Assembly: GCA_028716725.1 (NCBI GenBank)
Contig: JAQUPG010000001.1
Location: forward strand, 47,660 to 111,659
Direction of reading: 5' to 3'
DNA from: Patescibacteria group bacterium
Lineage (GTDB): Bacteria > Patescibacteriota > Patescibacteriia > Patescibacteriales > JAQTRU01
DNA: 64,000 nt
The notes below the pieces were generated by a model, which did no database searches, was not told the DNA's origin, and worked only from the letters and a program-made list of their open reading frames with translations. The translations under genes and the position numbers were made by a program. This document shows positions 8,935 through 17,230 of this stretch, one piece after another. Each line of letters opens with the position of its first letter. Positions within the stretch are counted from its first letter, which is position 1.

Positions 8935-9093
8935 ATTTCTAAAATTAAAACAGCCCAAAACTAAATTAGGCTGTTTTTATGAGAATTATTTATTATTATA
9001 AGATGTCTTTTCATATTTTTAAACTAATTTAATCCCAATAACTAATATTTATTTTTGATTTTTTATTTTACCCCTTTTTTAAAGATTTGTCAA

Positions 9094-9121
9094 CCCCGTT
9101 GAAATAAAACTTCTAACGGGG
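9094..9121. repeat. REP-like hairpin CCCCGTT(A)GAA../..TTCTAACGGGG (copy 2)
   Basis: ccccgttgaaataaaacttctaacgggg, located 13 nt downstream of the ftsK stop. Confidence 0.75.
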
Positions 9122-9133
9122 TCAAGGGTGGGA

Positions 9134-11602
9134 TTATTTGGCAAAATACATGCCATCGTCTTCCTCGTCAGATGAATTATTTTTTTTAGACGCATTATTA
9201 TTTTCGGGTGTGTCATCAGGTGTTTCTTCGTCAGACAGCTGGCCAGCTGTCTCTACATTTTTTTGAGACGAATCGCCATTCGTCTCTACATCATCATCGG
9301 GCAAATATTCATCCGGCTCTTCAGCCTCTTCTTTGTTATGCAGGCTTACGCCGCTTACGCCTTGGCTTATTAGGCCTTCGTATTGTTCTCGGCTTACCAT
9401 AATTTCTCTGGCTTTAGCTCCGTCCGACGGCCCGATTATGCCGTTTTCTTCTAAAATATCAAGCAAGCGCGCGGCCCGGGCATAGCCGATGCTTAAGCGC
9501 CTTTGCAGGAAAGAAGCCGAAGCTTTGCCGGAATTTATGATAAGCTCCTTAGCTTCTTCAACTAATTCATCTTCGTCATCGCCGCCGCCGCCGGCCAGGC
9601 CGACTCCGGCAATGCCATGGACTTTTTGCTTTTCCGTTATGCCTTCAACGTAGTCCGACTCTCCGCCCTTGCTTCTTATGTAATTTATGATTCTTTTTAT
9701 TTCCTGGTCGCTGACATAAGCGCCTTGCAGTCTTTTTGGTTTGGAAATCTCGGCCGTGATAAAAAGCATATCGCCCTGGCCCAATAATTTTTCCGCGCCG
9801 AGCGAATCCAAAATCGTTTTTGAATCCACGCCGGAAGCAACCGAGAAAGCAATGCGGGTCGGCATATTGGCTTTAATCAGGCCGGTAATGACGTCAACGC
9901 TCGGCCGTTGGGTGGCTAAAACCAAATGGATGCCGACCGCCCGGGCCATTTGCGCCAAGCGGATTACTCCGCCCTCAATATCCCGTCCGGCCGCGACCAT
10001 TAAATCCGCCAATTCATCGATGATAAAAACGATATAGGGCATTTTTTCCTGCCCGGGTTTTAGATTTTCATTGTAGGCCTGGATGTTTCTTTTGTGGGTC
10101 TTGGAAAGGGTTTCAAAGCGCTGGTCCATTTCATTAAGGCACCATTTTAAAGCGTTAATGGTTTTGCTGACGTTGGTGATGACCGGAGTTAGAAGATGGG
10201 GGATAGAGTTATAAATCGGCAATTCCACCCTTTTGGGGTCAACCATAATAAAGCGCAGATCTTCGGGGTTGTTCTGGTAAAGCAGGCTGACAATAACGGA
10301 ATTAAGGCAGACGGATTTTCCCGACCCGGTCGCGCCGGCAACCAAAAGGTGCGGCATTTTTGTTATATCATAAACCCAGCTTTTCCCGGAAACATCTTTG
10401 CCCAAAGCCACGGTTAAATTGCTTTTTCTTGCCTTAAACTCTCCGCTTTCCAAAGTTTCTTTTAAGCCGACAATGGCTTTGGTTTGGTTAGGGACTTCAA
10501 TGCCGACTAAGGCCCGGCCGGGTATCGGCGCCTCAATCCTTATGGGGTGGGCGGCCAGAGCCAGAGCCAAGTCATTATTTAAAGAAGTGATGCGCGAGAG
10601 CTTAACCCCCTCGGCTGGCTTAAAAGTATATTGGGTAACGGTCGGGCCCACGCTGACTTCGCCCATTTCCACGGCAATGCCGAAATTTTCCAGAGTTTTT
10701 TGGATTATGAAAGCATTATTTTTGATATCTCCGCTGGTGGGTTTGTCTTTTTTTCCGTTTAAGAGAGACAAGGGCAAATCTATTTTTATGCTTTTGGTTT
10801 TCCAGCCCATTTCCTCTTTGGCCCTGCCTTTCTTTTCCGGCAGGGATTCGGGAAATTCCAACTCTTCATTTACTTTTTTATTGGAAAAGCCTATTTCCCC
10901 GTCCAAAGACGCATCATCAGGCGTTTCCAGATTCTCATCCTCTATTTCTTCCTCTTCCATTAATTCTTCTTCGTCTTCATCTTCTTCCTCTTCTTTTCGA
11001 TCTTTTTCTCTGAACATTTTTGAGAAGAGGGCTTTAAGAGGATAAAAAGCCGAAGCTAAAATGCTTTCCGAGCCGATCAGTTTATTTAAGGAAGTATCAA
11101 GCATGAGCATTAAAGAAATGAGCAGGAGCCCCAAGAGGATGATAAGGCTGCCCCAGAAACCGATGATATTGTAAAAAATTAAGGCCAGGTACATGCCCAG
11201 ATAGCCGCCGCCGGCTCCGCTCGCGACAATTTCCTTCCAAAGCTGGACCTCAATAAAGAAATGAAGCAGGGCCTGGAAGGAGACAGCAAACAAAAACATC
11301 CCTAAATAATTCGTCCCCCGGACATAATATTTGTCTTCGTTATAGAGAAGCAGACCGAGGATGATAAGAATGACAGGAAAGAGCCATTTCCCCCAGCCAA
11401 AGGCCAGAGTCAGACCGCGAGCCAGATAAACGCCAAGCCCGCCGGCCAAGCCGAATAGGCTTAAAAAGCAGATGACGCCGAAAAGCAGGATTAAAACAAT
11501 AAAAATGCCCTTTTTCGTGTCCGGGTCTAAATTTACCTTGGGCAGGGCAATATAATCCAAGGGGTCTTTTTTTCTCCGCCTGTATTTTCTTCGTCTAGCC
11601 AT
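9134..11602 (-). CDS. ftsK: DNA translocase FtsK/SpoIIIE
   Basis: 822 aa with N-terminal TM helices, an acidic linker, Walker A GATGSGKSV, and a gamma-domain-like C-terminus. Confidence 0.95.
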   Translation of the reverse strand: MARRRKYRRRKKDPLDYIALPKVNLDPDTKKGIFIVLILLFGVICFLSLFGLAGGLGVYLARGLTLAFGWGKWLFPVILIILGLLLYNEDKYYVRGTNYLGMFLFAVSFQALLHFFIEVQLWKEIVASGAGGGYLGMYLALIFYNIIGFWGSLIILLGLLLISLMLMLDTSLNKLIGSESILASAFYPLKALFSKMFREKDRKEEEEDEDEEELMEEEEIEDENLETPDDASLDGEIGFSNKKVNEELEFPESLPEKKGRAKEEMGWKTKSIKIDLPLSLLNGKKDKPTSGDIKNNAFIIQKTLENFGIAVEMGEVSVGPTVTQYTFKPAEGVKLSRITSLNNDLALALAAHPIRIEAPIPGRALVGIEVPNQTKAIVGLKETLESGEFKARKSNLTVALGKDVSGKSWVYDITKMPHLLVAGATGSGKSVCLNSVIVSLLYQNNPEDLRFIMVDPKRVELPIYNSIPHLLTPVITNVSKTINALKWCLNEMDQRFETLSKTHKRNIQAYNENLKPGQEKMPYIVFIIDELADLMVAAGRDIEGGVIRLAQMARAVGIHLVLATQRPSVDVITGLIKANMPTRIAFSVASGVDSKTILDSLGAEKLLGQGDMLFITAEISKPKRLQGAYVSDQEIKRIINYIRSKGGESDYVEGITEKQKVHGIAGVGLAGGGGDDEDELVEEAKELIINSGKASASFLQRRLSIGYARAARLLDILEENGIIGPSDGAKAREIMVSREQYEGLISQGVSGVSLHNKEEAEEPDEYLPDDDVETNGDSSQKNVETAGQLSDEETPDDTPENNNASKKNNSSDEEDDGMYFAK

Positions 11603-11622
11603 AATTAAAATAACAAAATAAT

Positions 11623-11637
11623 AAAATAATATAAAAA
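11623..11637. repeat. dispersed AT word AAAATAATATAAAAA (exact copy)
   Basis: Exact 15-mer, also found at 18440-18454, 24027-24041 and (reverse complement) 32408-32422. Confidence 0.8.
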
Positions 11638-11676
11638 CAAGGATTTTCTGCTTTTATTATATCATATTTAAATGGT

Positions 11677-11705
11677 AAAAAAAAGAGCCCATTTTACCAA
11701 TGGGC
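11677..11705 (-). terminator. terminator of acpP
   Basis: gcccatt-ttacc-aatgggc stem followed on the minus strand by an 8-nt U-run. Confidence 0.75.
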
Positions 11706-11728
11706 CCCATGAATTACGCGAGGAAGAC

Positions 11729-11980
11729 TTATTCGGTCTGTTCTCTGAGCCGTTTTTCGATATAGCTGATAATGTCCTGGATGGTCCGTAATTTTTCCGC
11801 ATCTGCATCGGAAATTTCGATCTTGAATTCTATTTCCAGATCCATGATAAGCTCAACGGTATCCAGGGAATCCGCGCCCAAATTATCTATAATGGATAAT
11901 TCGGGCGTTACTTTTTCCTTATCAACGCGAAATTTGTTAGTAATTACTTTTTTGACTCTGGCTTCAACAGTTTCCGGCAT
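11729..11980 (-). CDS. acpP: acyl carrier protein
   Basis: 83 aa with the LGADSLDTVELIMDLE phosphopantetheine-attachment motif. Confidence 0.9.
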   Translation of the reverse strand: MPETVEARVKKVITNKFRVDKEKVTPELSIIDNLGADSLDTVELIMDLEIEFKIEISDADAEKLRTIQDIISYIEKRLREQTE

Positions 11981-12074
11981 ATTGCCCTCCTTTTCGGTGT
12001 GTGATAATGTGCGAAGTATAATTTACTATTATACCCAAAATTTTTAAAAAGTCAAGGGGAGTTTATCGCTAACC

Positions 12075-12103
12075 TTGACTAAATCGGAAAAATTTGCTAT
12101 ACT
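12075..12103 (+). promoter_or_regulatory. sigma70-like promoter giving a near-leaderless transcript of 12112..12483
   Basis: TTGACT at 12075-12080, a 17-nt spacer, TATACT at 12098-12103. The ATG at 12112 is only 9 nt after the -10 box. Confidence 0.65.
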
Positions 12104-12111
12104 GTATATAG

Positions 12112-12483
12112 ATGGCTAAAACAGGCCATCTTAAAATTTTGGGTCAAAACAAAAACAAAAACAAAATGGAAAATATAAATATCCTGGCCAAAACCAGTGG
12201 GTTTAATTTTATTGGCTGGAAATCATACAATCAAATAAAAAAGAAAGCAATGGAGCAGGAGTTCAGCTGGTCTGGACTTATTATAAGCTTGTCCATTGCT
12301 TTTTTTGTTGTCCTGGCGAGCGCCCAGATTTTAAGCACGGTTTACCAGTCAATGGAAAAAGCCAGGCAGGAAAAGAATCTGGTTAATCAAAATATCTACC
12401 GTTTAGAAAGCAAAGAGCTTATGAATCCCCAGACCAGCGGAGCTTTAGAGAAATTCTTTTCCCAGCCTACGTCTTTAGCTTAA
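12112..12483 (+). CDS. hypothetical single-pass membrane protein, 123 aa
   Basis: ORF with one TM segment (LIISLSIAFFVVLASAQIL) followed by a coiled-coil-like tail. Confidence 0.6.
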   Translation: MAKTGHLKILGQNKNKNKMENINILAKTSGFNFIGWKSYNQIKKKAMEQEFSWSGLIISLSIAFFVVLASAQILSTVYQSMEKARQEKNLVNQNIYRLESKELMNPQTSGALEKFFSQPTSLA

Positions 12484-12576
12484 GAAAATTAACAATATAT
12501 TTTTATATATATTTTGGCTAAGATAATTACGCCAATTCGCCTGTTTTTAAAACAAGGCTATAGGTTCTTTCAAAAA

Positions 12577-12605
12577 CCCCAGTAGAAATTTTATTTCTAA
12601 CGGGG
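12577..12605. repeat. REP-like hairpin (copy 3, two arm mismatches)
   Basis: ccccagtagaaat-ttt-atttctaacgggg. Confidence 0.7.
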
Positions 12606-12807
12606 TAAAGCGAGGATTAAAAATTAAATCTGACTTTATGTACAAATGAAGTTAAGCCGGTTGGCGATTTCTACCAACCAAAAAGGGCTATGGTGATTTA
12701 AAATCTACAAAAAGATAGGATTAAAATTAGCATAGCCCCTCTTTCTTGGTTTATTGGTTATTTGATCTCTAAAAAATAACCAGTAACTCAAGCATGGGGA
12801 AGAAAAG

Positions 12808-12850
12808 CCCGCTCAGCGCGCAAGCACTTGAGCGGGTTTTTCGTTTTTTT
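12808..12850 (+). terminator. rho-independent terminator ending an unassigned plus-strand transcript
   Basis: cccgctca...tgagcggg stem followed by a long T-run (12837-12850). An upstream ACTCAAG can compete with the 3' arm. Confidence 0.65.
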
Positions 12851-12853
12851 TAA

Positions 12854-12892
12854 TAAAAAAACCGCAGTTCCTGATGTTTTAGGAATCTGCGG
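12854..12892 (-). terminator. terminator of zinc-ribbon gene 12914..13084
   Basis: ccgcagattcct/aggaactgcgg stem followed by a U-run on the minus strand. Confidence 0.7.
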
Positions 12893-12913
12893 CATTGTCT
12901 GTTGCCCGTTTTT

Positions 12914-13084
12914 TTACTCGCCGTTATAAGCAAGTTTTCCGCATTCCGGGCAGATTGCTATGTGTCCGAATCCAAAAGGTAACAATTTCACCATTACCTC
13001 TTTATAGCAGGTCACACAGTTTACCTTCTTTGTTATTTTTTTCAACCATTCCAATGTTATCGGTGTTTCCGGCGGTGTTTCCAT
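12914..13084 (-). CDS. small zinc-ribbon protein, 56 aa, absent from ORF track
   Basis: METPPETPITLEWLKKITKKVNCVTCYKEVMVKLLPFGFGHIAICPECGKLAYNGE*. It has CxxC...CxxC, an SD (gaaggggg), and its own promoter and terminator. Confidence 0.65.
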   Translation of the reverse strand: METPPETPITLEWLKKITKKVNCVTCYKEVMVKLLPFGFGHIAICPECGKLAYNGE

Positions 13085-13138
13085 TTTTTTGCCCCCTTCG
13101 GGTATTTTTGTTTTTGTCTGTTTTTCGGTTGATAATTT

Positions 13139-13167
13139 AGTATAGCATGAAAATATTATTAAGTCAA
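13139..13167 (-). promoter_or_regulatory. promoter of zinc-ribbon gene 12914..13084
   Basis: Minus strand reads TTGACT (13167-13162), a 17-nt spacer, then TATACT (13144-13139). Confidence 0.7.
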
Positions 13168-13187
13168 CTTAGACGTCAATTTAATCT

Positions 13188-13237
13188 AAAAAATGAACGC
13201 CTTTTCTAGCGTTCATTTTTTGTATTCCGTAATTTAT
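13188..13237. repeat. terminator-hairpin module, copy 1 of a ~50-bp direct repeat
   Basis: aaaaaatgaacgc..gcgttcattttttgtattccgtaatttatt, about 80 percent identical to 13417-13468. Confidence 0.8.
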
Positions 13238-13244
13238 TTTTATA

Positions 13245-13367
13245 TAAAAAAAGCCAGTCCAAGATAAAAGGACTGGAGGGCTTTAAGTCTCTTGGCAATT
13301 TTTGTTGCCATTGTAGGCGTCCCATTAACGCCTCGTTATTCGAGGTTTTTCCTCTACACTCAGAGTC
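13245..13367 (-). ncRNA. candidate ~120-nt small RNA (unclassified)
   Basis: It has its own promoter (13402-13374). Three internal hairpins are visible: cctcg/cgagg, ggcgt/acgcc and ggcaa/ttgcc. A terminator gccagtcc-ttttatctt-ggactggc is followed by a U-run. There is no SD and no credible ORF. Confidence 0.45.
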
Positions 13368-13373
13368 AATTTT

Positions 13374-13402
13374 ATTGTAGGTCTTTTTAAAGTTTAAGTC
13401 AA
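13374..13402 (-). promoter_or_regulatory. promoter of candidate sRNA
   Basis: Minus strand reads TTGACT (13402-13397), a 17-nt spacer, then TACAAT (13379-13374). Confidence 0.65.
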
Positions 13403-13416
13403 TAGGCAAATGTAAA

Positions 13417-13468
13417 CAAAAAATGAACGTCTTGCGGCGTTCATTTTTTTGGCATTCCGTAGTTTGTT
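13417..13468. repeat. terminator-hairpin module, copy 2 (also the terminator of gene 13470..13802)
   Basis: aaaaaatgaacgt..gcgttcatttttttggcattccgtagtttgttt. Confidence 0.8.
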
Positions 13469-13469
13469 T

Positions 13470-13802
13470 CTACCAAATTATCTGATAAAGAAAAACAATT
13501 AGAGTGATGACGAAAAGCCAGATGATATTGCAGAAGAATAATCGGACTGCTTCTTCTTTTTTGCCGTCAAAATAAAGATAAATCGGGCGGCCGAGGACTA
13601 AGGAGCTGGTTATCAGGGCAGAGAAGATAAAGAGCATTAAGAAAGCAATCGGGCTCCAGAAAGTGTCCGCTTTGCCGAATAGCTTTTCGCCGTTTCTTAT
13701 AACCAGAGCCACGACTACGACGTAAGCGAGGACGCCGATTGAGTAGAGCAGGCTTTGCCAGCAAAGCCTGCAGTTCTTACAGTCTATTTTGCAGCATTTC
13801 AT
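13470..13802 (-). CDS. hypothetical multi-pass membrane protein with N-terminal Cys cluster, 110 aa
   Basis: MKCCKIDCKNCRLCW followed by three hydrophobic segments. Confidence 0.55.
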   Translation of the reverse strand: MKCCKIDCKNCRLCWQSLLYSIGVLAYVVVVALVIRNGEKLFGKADTFWSPIAFLMLFIFSALITSSLVLGRPIYLYFDGKKEEAVRLFFCNIIWLFVITLIVFLYQIIW

Positions 13803-13816
13803 AAAGTTTAGAGTTA

Positions 13817-15250
13817 TTATTTATTAATTAATTTTTTGTAAAGCTTTAAATAATCTTTGGCAGACCTGCGCCAAGAGAAGTCCTTTTTCATGCCTCTTTT
13901 TTGCATTTTTTTCCATTTCCTCGGTTTTTTATAGTACAAATTTAAAGCGTCTTTAAGGGTTTTGGTAAAAGCAACGGATGTAAATTCGGAAAAAGAAAAT
14001 CCGAGTTTTTTATTAACGGTATCAGCCAGGCCGCCGGTGGATCTTACGATCGGTACGGCGCCGTAGCGCATGGCAATCATTTGGCCCAGTCCGCAGGGCT
14101 CAAAACGGGAAGGCATTAAGAAGATGTCTGAAGCCGCATAAATCTGCTGGGCCAGTTTTATATCAAAAGTAATTTGAGCGCTTATTTTATCCGGATATTT
14201 TTTAGCTATTTTTTTAAGCTGGTTTTCATATTTTTTCTCGCCCGTTCCTAAAAAAACAAATTGGCAAGTAAGTTTTGCCTCATTTTCTGTAATTAATTCT
14301 AATCCCTTTTGCCAAGCCAGGCGCGAAACCAAACCGGCTAAAGGTATATTTTTATTCTGCTCTAGGCCTAATCGTTTTTGTAAAGCCAGTTTATTTTCCA
14401 CCTTTTTTTCTAAAGTTTTGAAAGTATAATTTTGCTTAATGAGTTTGTCTTTCGCTGGGTTAAAAAAACTGACATCAATGCCGTTTAGAATTCCGGAAAT
14501 TTTATCTCTGTTTTGCCTTATTACTTTTTCAATTCCAGCCCCGTAAATGGAAGTGGCGATTTCTTTAGCATAAGTCGGGCTGACGGTATTAACTAAGTCA
14601 GCATTTATTATGCCCTGCACCATAAAATTTATGTCTCCGTCCTGGGCGTCGCGGGATAAGGATTTTAAAGAATCTTTATTTAAATTTCCGGTGGAGAGAA
14701 TTTTAATTTCCGATTTTCCCTGATGGTTTAGATTATGAATGGTATAGAGCGTTTTAGTATTTTTATAATAAGGATTTTGGTCGGCTTTAAGGAGATTGGG
14801 GATTAAGGCGGTATGAAAATCATGAGAATGGATTATGTCCGGCTTGAATTTTATTAGAGGCAGAACTTTTAAAATCGCTAAAGAGAAAAACAAGAAACGC
14901 TCGGAATCCTCGGTGCCGGTGTAAATTTTTTTATTGCCGCTATAAATTTCTTCTCCTCCGAAATATTTTTGGCAATCAAGAAGATAAACTGTAATTCCAC
15001 TGGCTTTTGTCTGCCAAAGATTTATTTTTAGATCCTGGCCGGCGCTGGCTACGGCAATGTTTGATAATATTTTTTTAGCTTTTATTTTTTTCTTGTCAAT
15101 TGACCCGTAAGCCGGCAGGGCAACCCGAACGTCGCAGCCAAGACGAGCCAAAGCCGGAGGCAAAGAGCCGACCACGTCCGCCAAACCTCCGACTTTAGCC
15201 AGGGGCGCCATCTCCGAAGCCGCCATTAATATTTTAAGACCTTTTTTCAT
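13817..15250 (-). CDS. glgA: glycogen/starch synthase (GT5), copy 1
   Basis: 477 aa with the KVGGLADVV motif near the N-terminus and C-terminal PSRFEPCGL. Confidence 0.9.
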   Translation of the reverse strand: MKKGLKILMAASEMAPLAKVGGLADVVGSLPPALARLGCDVRVALPAYGSIDKKKIKAKKILSNIAVASAGQDLKINLWQTKASGITVYLLDCQKYFGGEEIYSGNKKIYTGTEDSERFLFFSLAILKVLPLIKFKPDIIHSHDFHTALIPNLLKADQNPYYKNTKTLYTIHNLNHQGKSEIKILSTGNLNKDSLKSLSRDAQDGDINFMVQGIINADLVNTVSPTYAKEIATSIYGAGIEKVIRQNRDKISGILNGIDVSFFNPAKDKLIKQNYTFKTLEKKVENKLALQKRLGLEQNKNIPLAGLVSRLAWQKGLELITENEAKLTCQFVFLGTGEKKYENQLKKIAKKYPDKISAQITFDIKLAQQIYAASDIFLMPSRFEPCGLGQMIAMRYGAVPIVRSTGGLADTVNKKLGFSFSEFTSVAFTKTLKDALNLYYKKPRKWKKMQKRGMKKDFSWRRSAKDYLKLYKKLINK

Positions 15251-15257
15251 GTTTGAA

Positions 15258-16121
15258 TTAGCCGATTATTTTTTTTACCCCCCTTAAATATTTTGAGTCC
15301 ACTTTAAAATAGTTCCAGGAATTCTGAACAGGAAGCTTGTCCCTTTCGTGGCGGTGGAAATCCGAGCCACCGGTGGCGATAAAATCAAATTCCCGCGCCA
15401 TGGCCTGGGCGTACATAACGGCGCCGATGGAATGGTGCGGAGAAAGCACTTCAATCCCGTCCACCCCCAGTCTTTTTAATTTTTCCAGAAGCTTTCTTTT
15501 TAGTTGGTCGTGCTTTCCCGGATGGTTAAAAATAAGGATGCCCCCGATTTTTTTTCTTAAGGAAATAATTTTTTTTATGTCCGTGTAGCTTTCCCTTAAG
15601 ATGCTTGTGCTCTTATTGCGGAAATATTCTCCGATAATTTCCCCTTCCCGCGGATTTTTTATTTTTAGCTCTTTTTTTATCTTGGCCCGGTTGGCCGGGA
15701 TGGCCCAGACATCGTCTACGACATGGTTTAAGGGAACGTAATGCGTGTATTTGTCTATGATTCTATTAATATCAATCTCAAATCCTCTTCTCGCCAGTTT
15801 TTTTAAAATTTTTCTTACTTTAATTTTTCTCCTAATTTGGCTATCACGCAGCAGGTCGTGGAGCCCGGCATCTTTTTCGTCAAAATTAAACCAAAGCAGG
15901 TTTAGTCTCGTGCCCCCTAATTTAGCATAAAGCTCCAGGCCGATGATGGGTTTAACCCGGTACTGGCGGCAAGCCCGCCTAAACTCGCCAAAACCGCCGA
16001 CCGTGTTATGGTCGGTTAAAGCCGCGACTTTTACTCCCTGGCCGGCAATAAATTTCGCCGTTTCCGTGGGCGTTAGATAGCCGTCGGAATAATTTGAATG
16101 AAGCTGCAAATCAATCAGCAT
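15258..16121 (-). CDS. PHP-domain phosphoesterase
   Basis: IDLQLHSNYSDG..ALTDHNT..GGSDFH; the His/Asp PHP motifs are present. Confidence 0.85.
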   Translation of the reverse strand: MLIDLQLHSNYSDGYLTPTETAKFIAGQGVKVAALTDHNTVGGFGEFRRACRQYRVKPIIGLELYAKLGGTRLNLLWFNFDEKDAGLHDLLRDSQIRRKIKVRKILKKLARRGFEIDINRIIDKYTHYVPLNHVVDDVWAIPANRAKIKKELKIKNPREGEIIGEYFRNKSTSILRESYTDIKKIISLRKKIGGILIFNHPGKHDQLKRKLLEKLKRLGVDGIEVLSPHHSIGAVMYAQAMAREFDFIATGGSDFHRHERDKLPVQNSWNYFKVDSKYLRGVKKIIG

Positions 16122-16128
16122 AAAATTT

Positions 16129-17148
16129 TTAGATGCCCAGGTTATTTTTTACTTTTTCTATCAGGGGTTTGGCCCGCCCCGGCTCTGTTTCATATTTTAA
16201 GAGAAAAAAGGTGGCGGTGCGCATAATTGTCCAGTTATAGTAATTATCAATCCGGTCTCGTAAGCCCCTGTCTAGCTCTATTTTAGCATTTTTAAAGTAA
16301 TTTTCCAAAAAGAGATTTTTTACTTTTTGGGCGTATTCCTCGTCGTTAATTTTTCTCATCACCATAAATTCAACTTGCTGGAGGAAGCAGCCTAAATCGC
16401 GGGCAAAATCAGACAGGCAGATATCGGTAAAATCAATTATGGCCAGTTTTTTCTTTCCCATTTTTATAATATTTTCCGGATGGGCGTCGCCATGGACGAT
16501 CCACCTTTTCGGGGTAGAAGCTAAAAAATCCTCCTCTTTTTTAATAAAAATATCATAGGCCTTTTTGTAGGTTTCATAATAAGCCGGGTATTCTCTTTTC
16601 ATGTCAATCAGGATTTGGTCGCGGCCGGGGATAACCGTTTTAATCCGGCTGTTTTCCTCGTTAAAATTATAAGCGTCTTTGGTTGGCAGCCGGTGCAATT
16701 TGGCAAACCAGGCCGCAGCCTTGGGAATAATTGTCTCAATTTCCTTATGATCCTTTTCTCTTATGTAATGGTAAAGGTTATTGCCCTGGACGCCGCGGTA
16801 AAAAATTCCGTTGAAGTATTCGGAATAAAAAAGAGGATGGGGGATAGTTAGAAAGCCGTTGGCAAAACCGTTGTCCCATAAATATTTCAGAGCATGATAG
16901 ACATTCTTTCGCGGCTCTTCGCTGTGGGCCGAGCAAAAAATGGGCAGGATTTTTATTCTGCCGGTTTTGGTTAAAAAGGAGGTTTTAAATTCAAGCACGA
17001 CGTGGTAAGTCGTCTCCCAAACATGATTTTTATGGGCGCGGACTTTTACTTTTTTTATATCAACAAAATCCGGGTACCTGGGCAGGACCTCTTTTTTAAA
17101 TAAGTCTATAACGTATTTTTCGTCAAAAAGATTATGGATTATGTTCAT
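16129..17148 (-). CDS. APH/ChoK-like phosphotransferase (possible sugar kinase)
   Basis: Kinase catalytic loop HGDAHPENI and IDFTD motif. The substrate cannot be inferred from sequence alone. Confidence 0.55.
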   Translation of the reverse strand: MNIIHNLFDEKYVIDLFKKEVLPRYPDFVDIKKVKVRAHKNHVWETTYHVVLEFKTSFLTKTGRIKILPIFCSAHSEEPRKNVYHALKYLWDNGFANGFLTIPHPLFYSEYFNGIFYRGVQGNNLYHYIREKDHKEIETIIPKAAAWFAKLHRLPTKDAYNFNEENSRIKTVIPGRDQILIDMKREYPAYYETYKKAYDIFIKKEEDFLASTPKRWIVHGDAHPENIIKMGKKKLAIIDFTDICLSDFARDLGCFLQQVEFMVMRKINDEEYAQKVKNLFLENYFKNAKIELDRGLRDRIDNYYNWTIMRTATFFLLKYETEPGRAKPLIEKVKNNLGI

Positions 17149-17157
17149 ATGTTCAAG

Positions 17158-17218
17158 ACCTCACCCCCGGCCCCTCTCCTAATTAGGAGAGGGGAGGAGC
17201 GATAGCGACGGGGTGAGG
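17158..17218. repeat. nested GC-rich palindromic element (copy B)
   Basis: CCTCACCCCCGGCCCCTCTCCTAATTAGGAGAGGGGAGGAGCGATAGCGACGGGGTGAGG. It fills most of the 82-bp gap between the GH57 stop and the kinase start. Confidence 0.85.
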
Positions 17219-17230
17219 TGCAAAATTGTA

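Noticed and set aside
10398-11045. 215-aa ORF antisense to ftsK; similar antisense ORFs lie opposite purD (38643..39107), pyrKD (46024..46518), PMM (57350..57841), rny (62135..62632), the bactofilin-like gene (54139..54495, 54613..55053) and the Cys-repeat gene (27459..27971)
   Set aside because: Each lies fully inside a gene with clear conserved motifs on the other strand. The translations are low-complexity and lack start signals.
12895-13140. 81-aa plus-strand ORF
   Set aside because: It is antisense to a better-supported 56-aa zinc-ribbon gene that has a promoter, an SD and a terminator.
13206-13409. 67-aa minus-strand ORF
   Set aside because: It spans a promoter, three hairpins and a terminator and has no SD. 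I interpret the region as a candidate sRNA locus instead.
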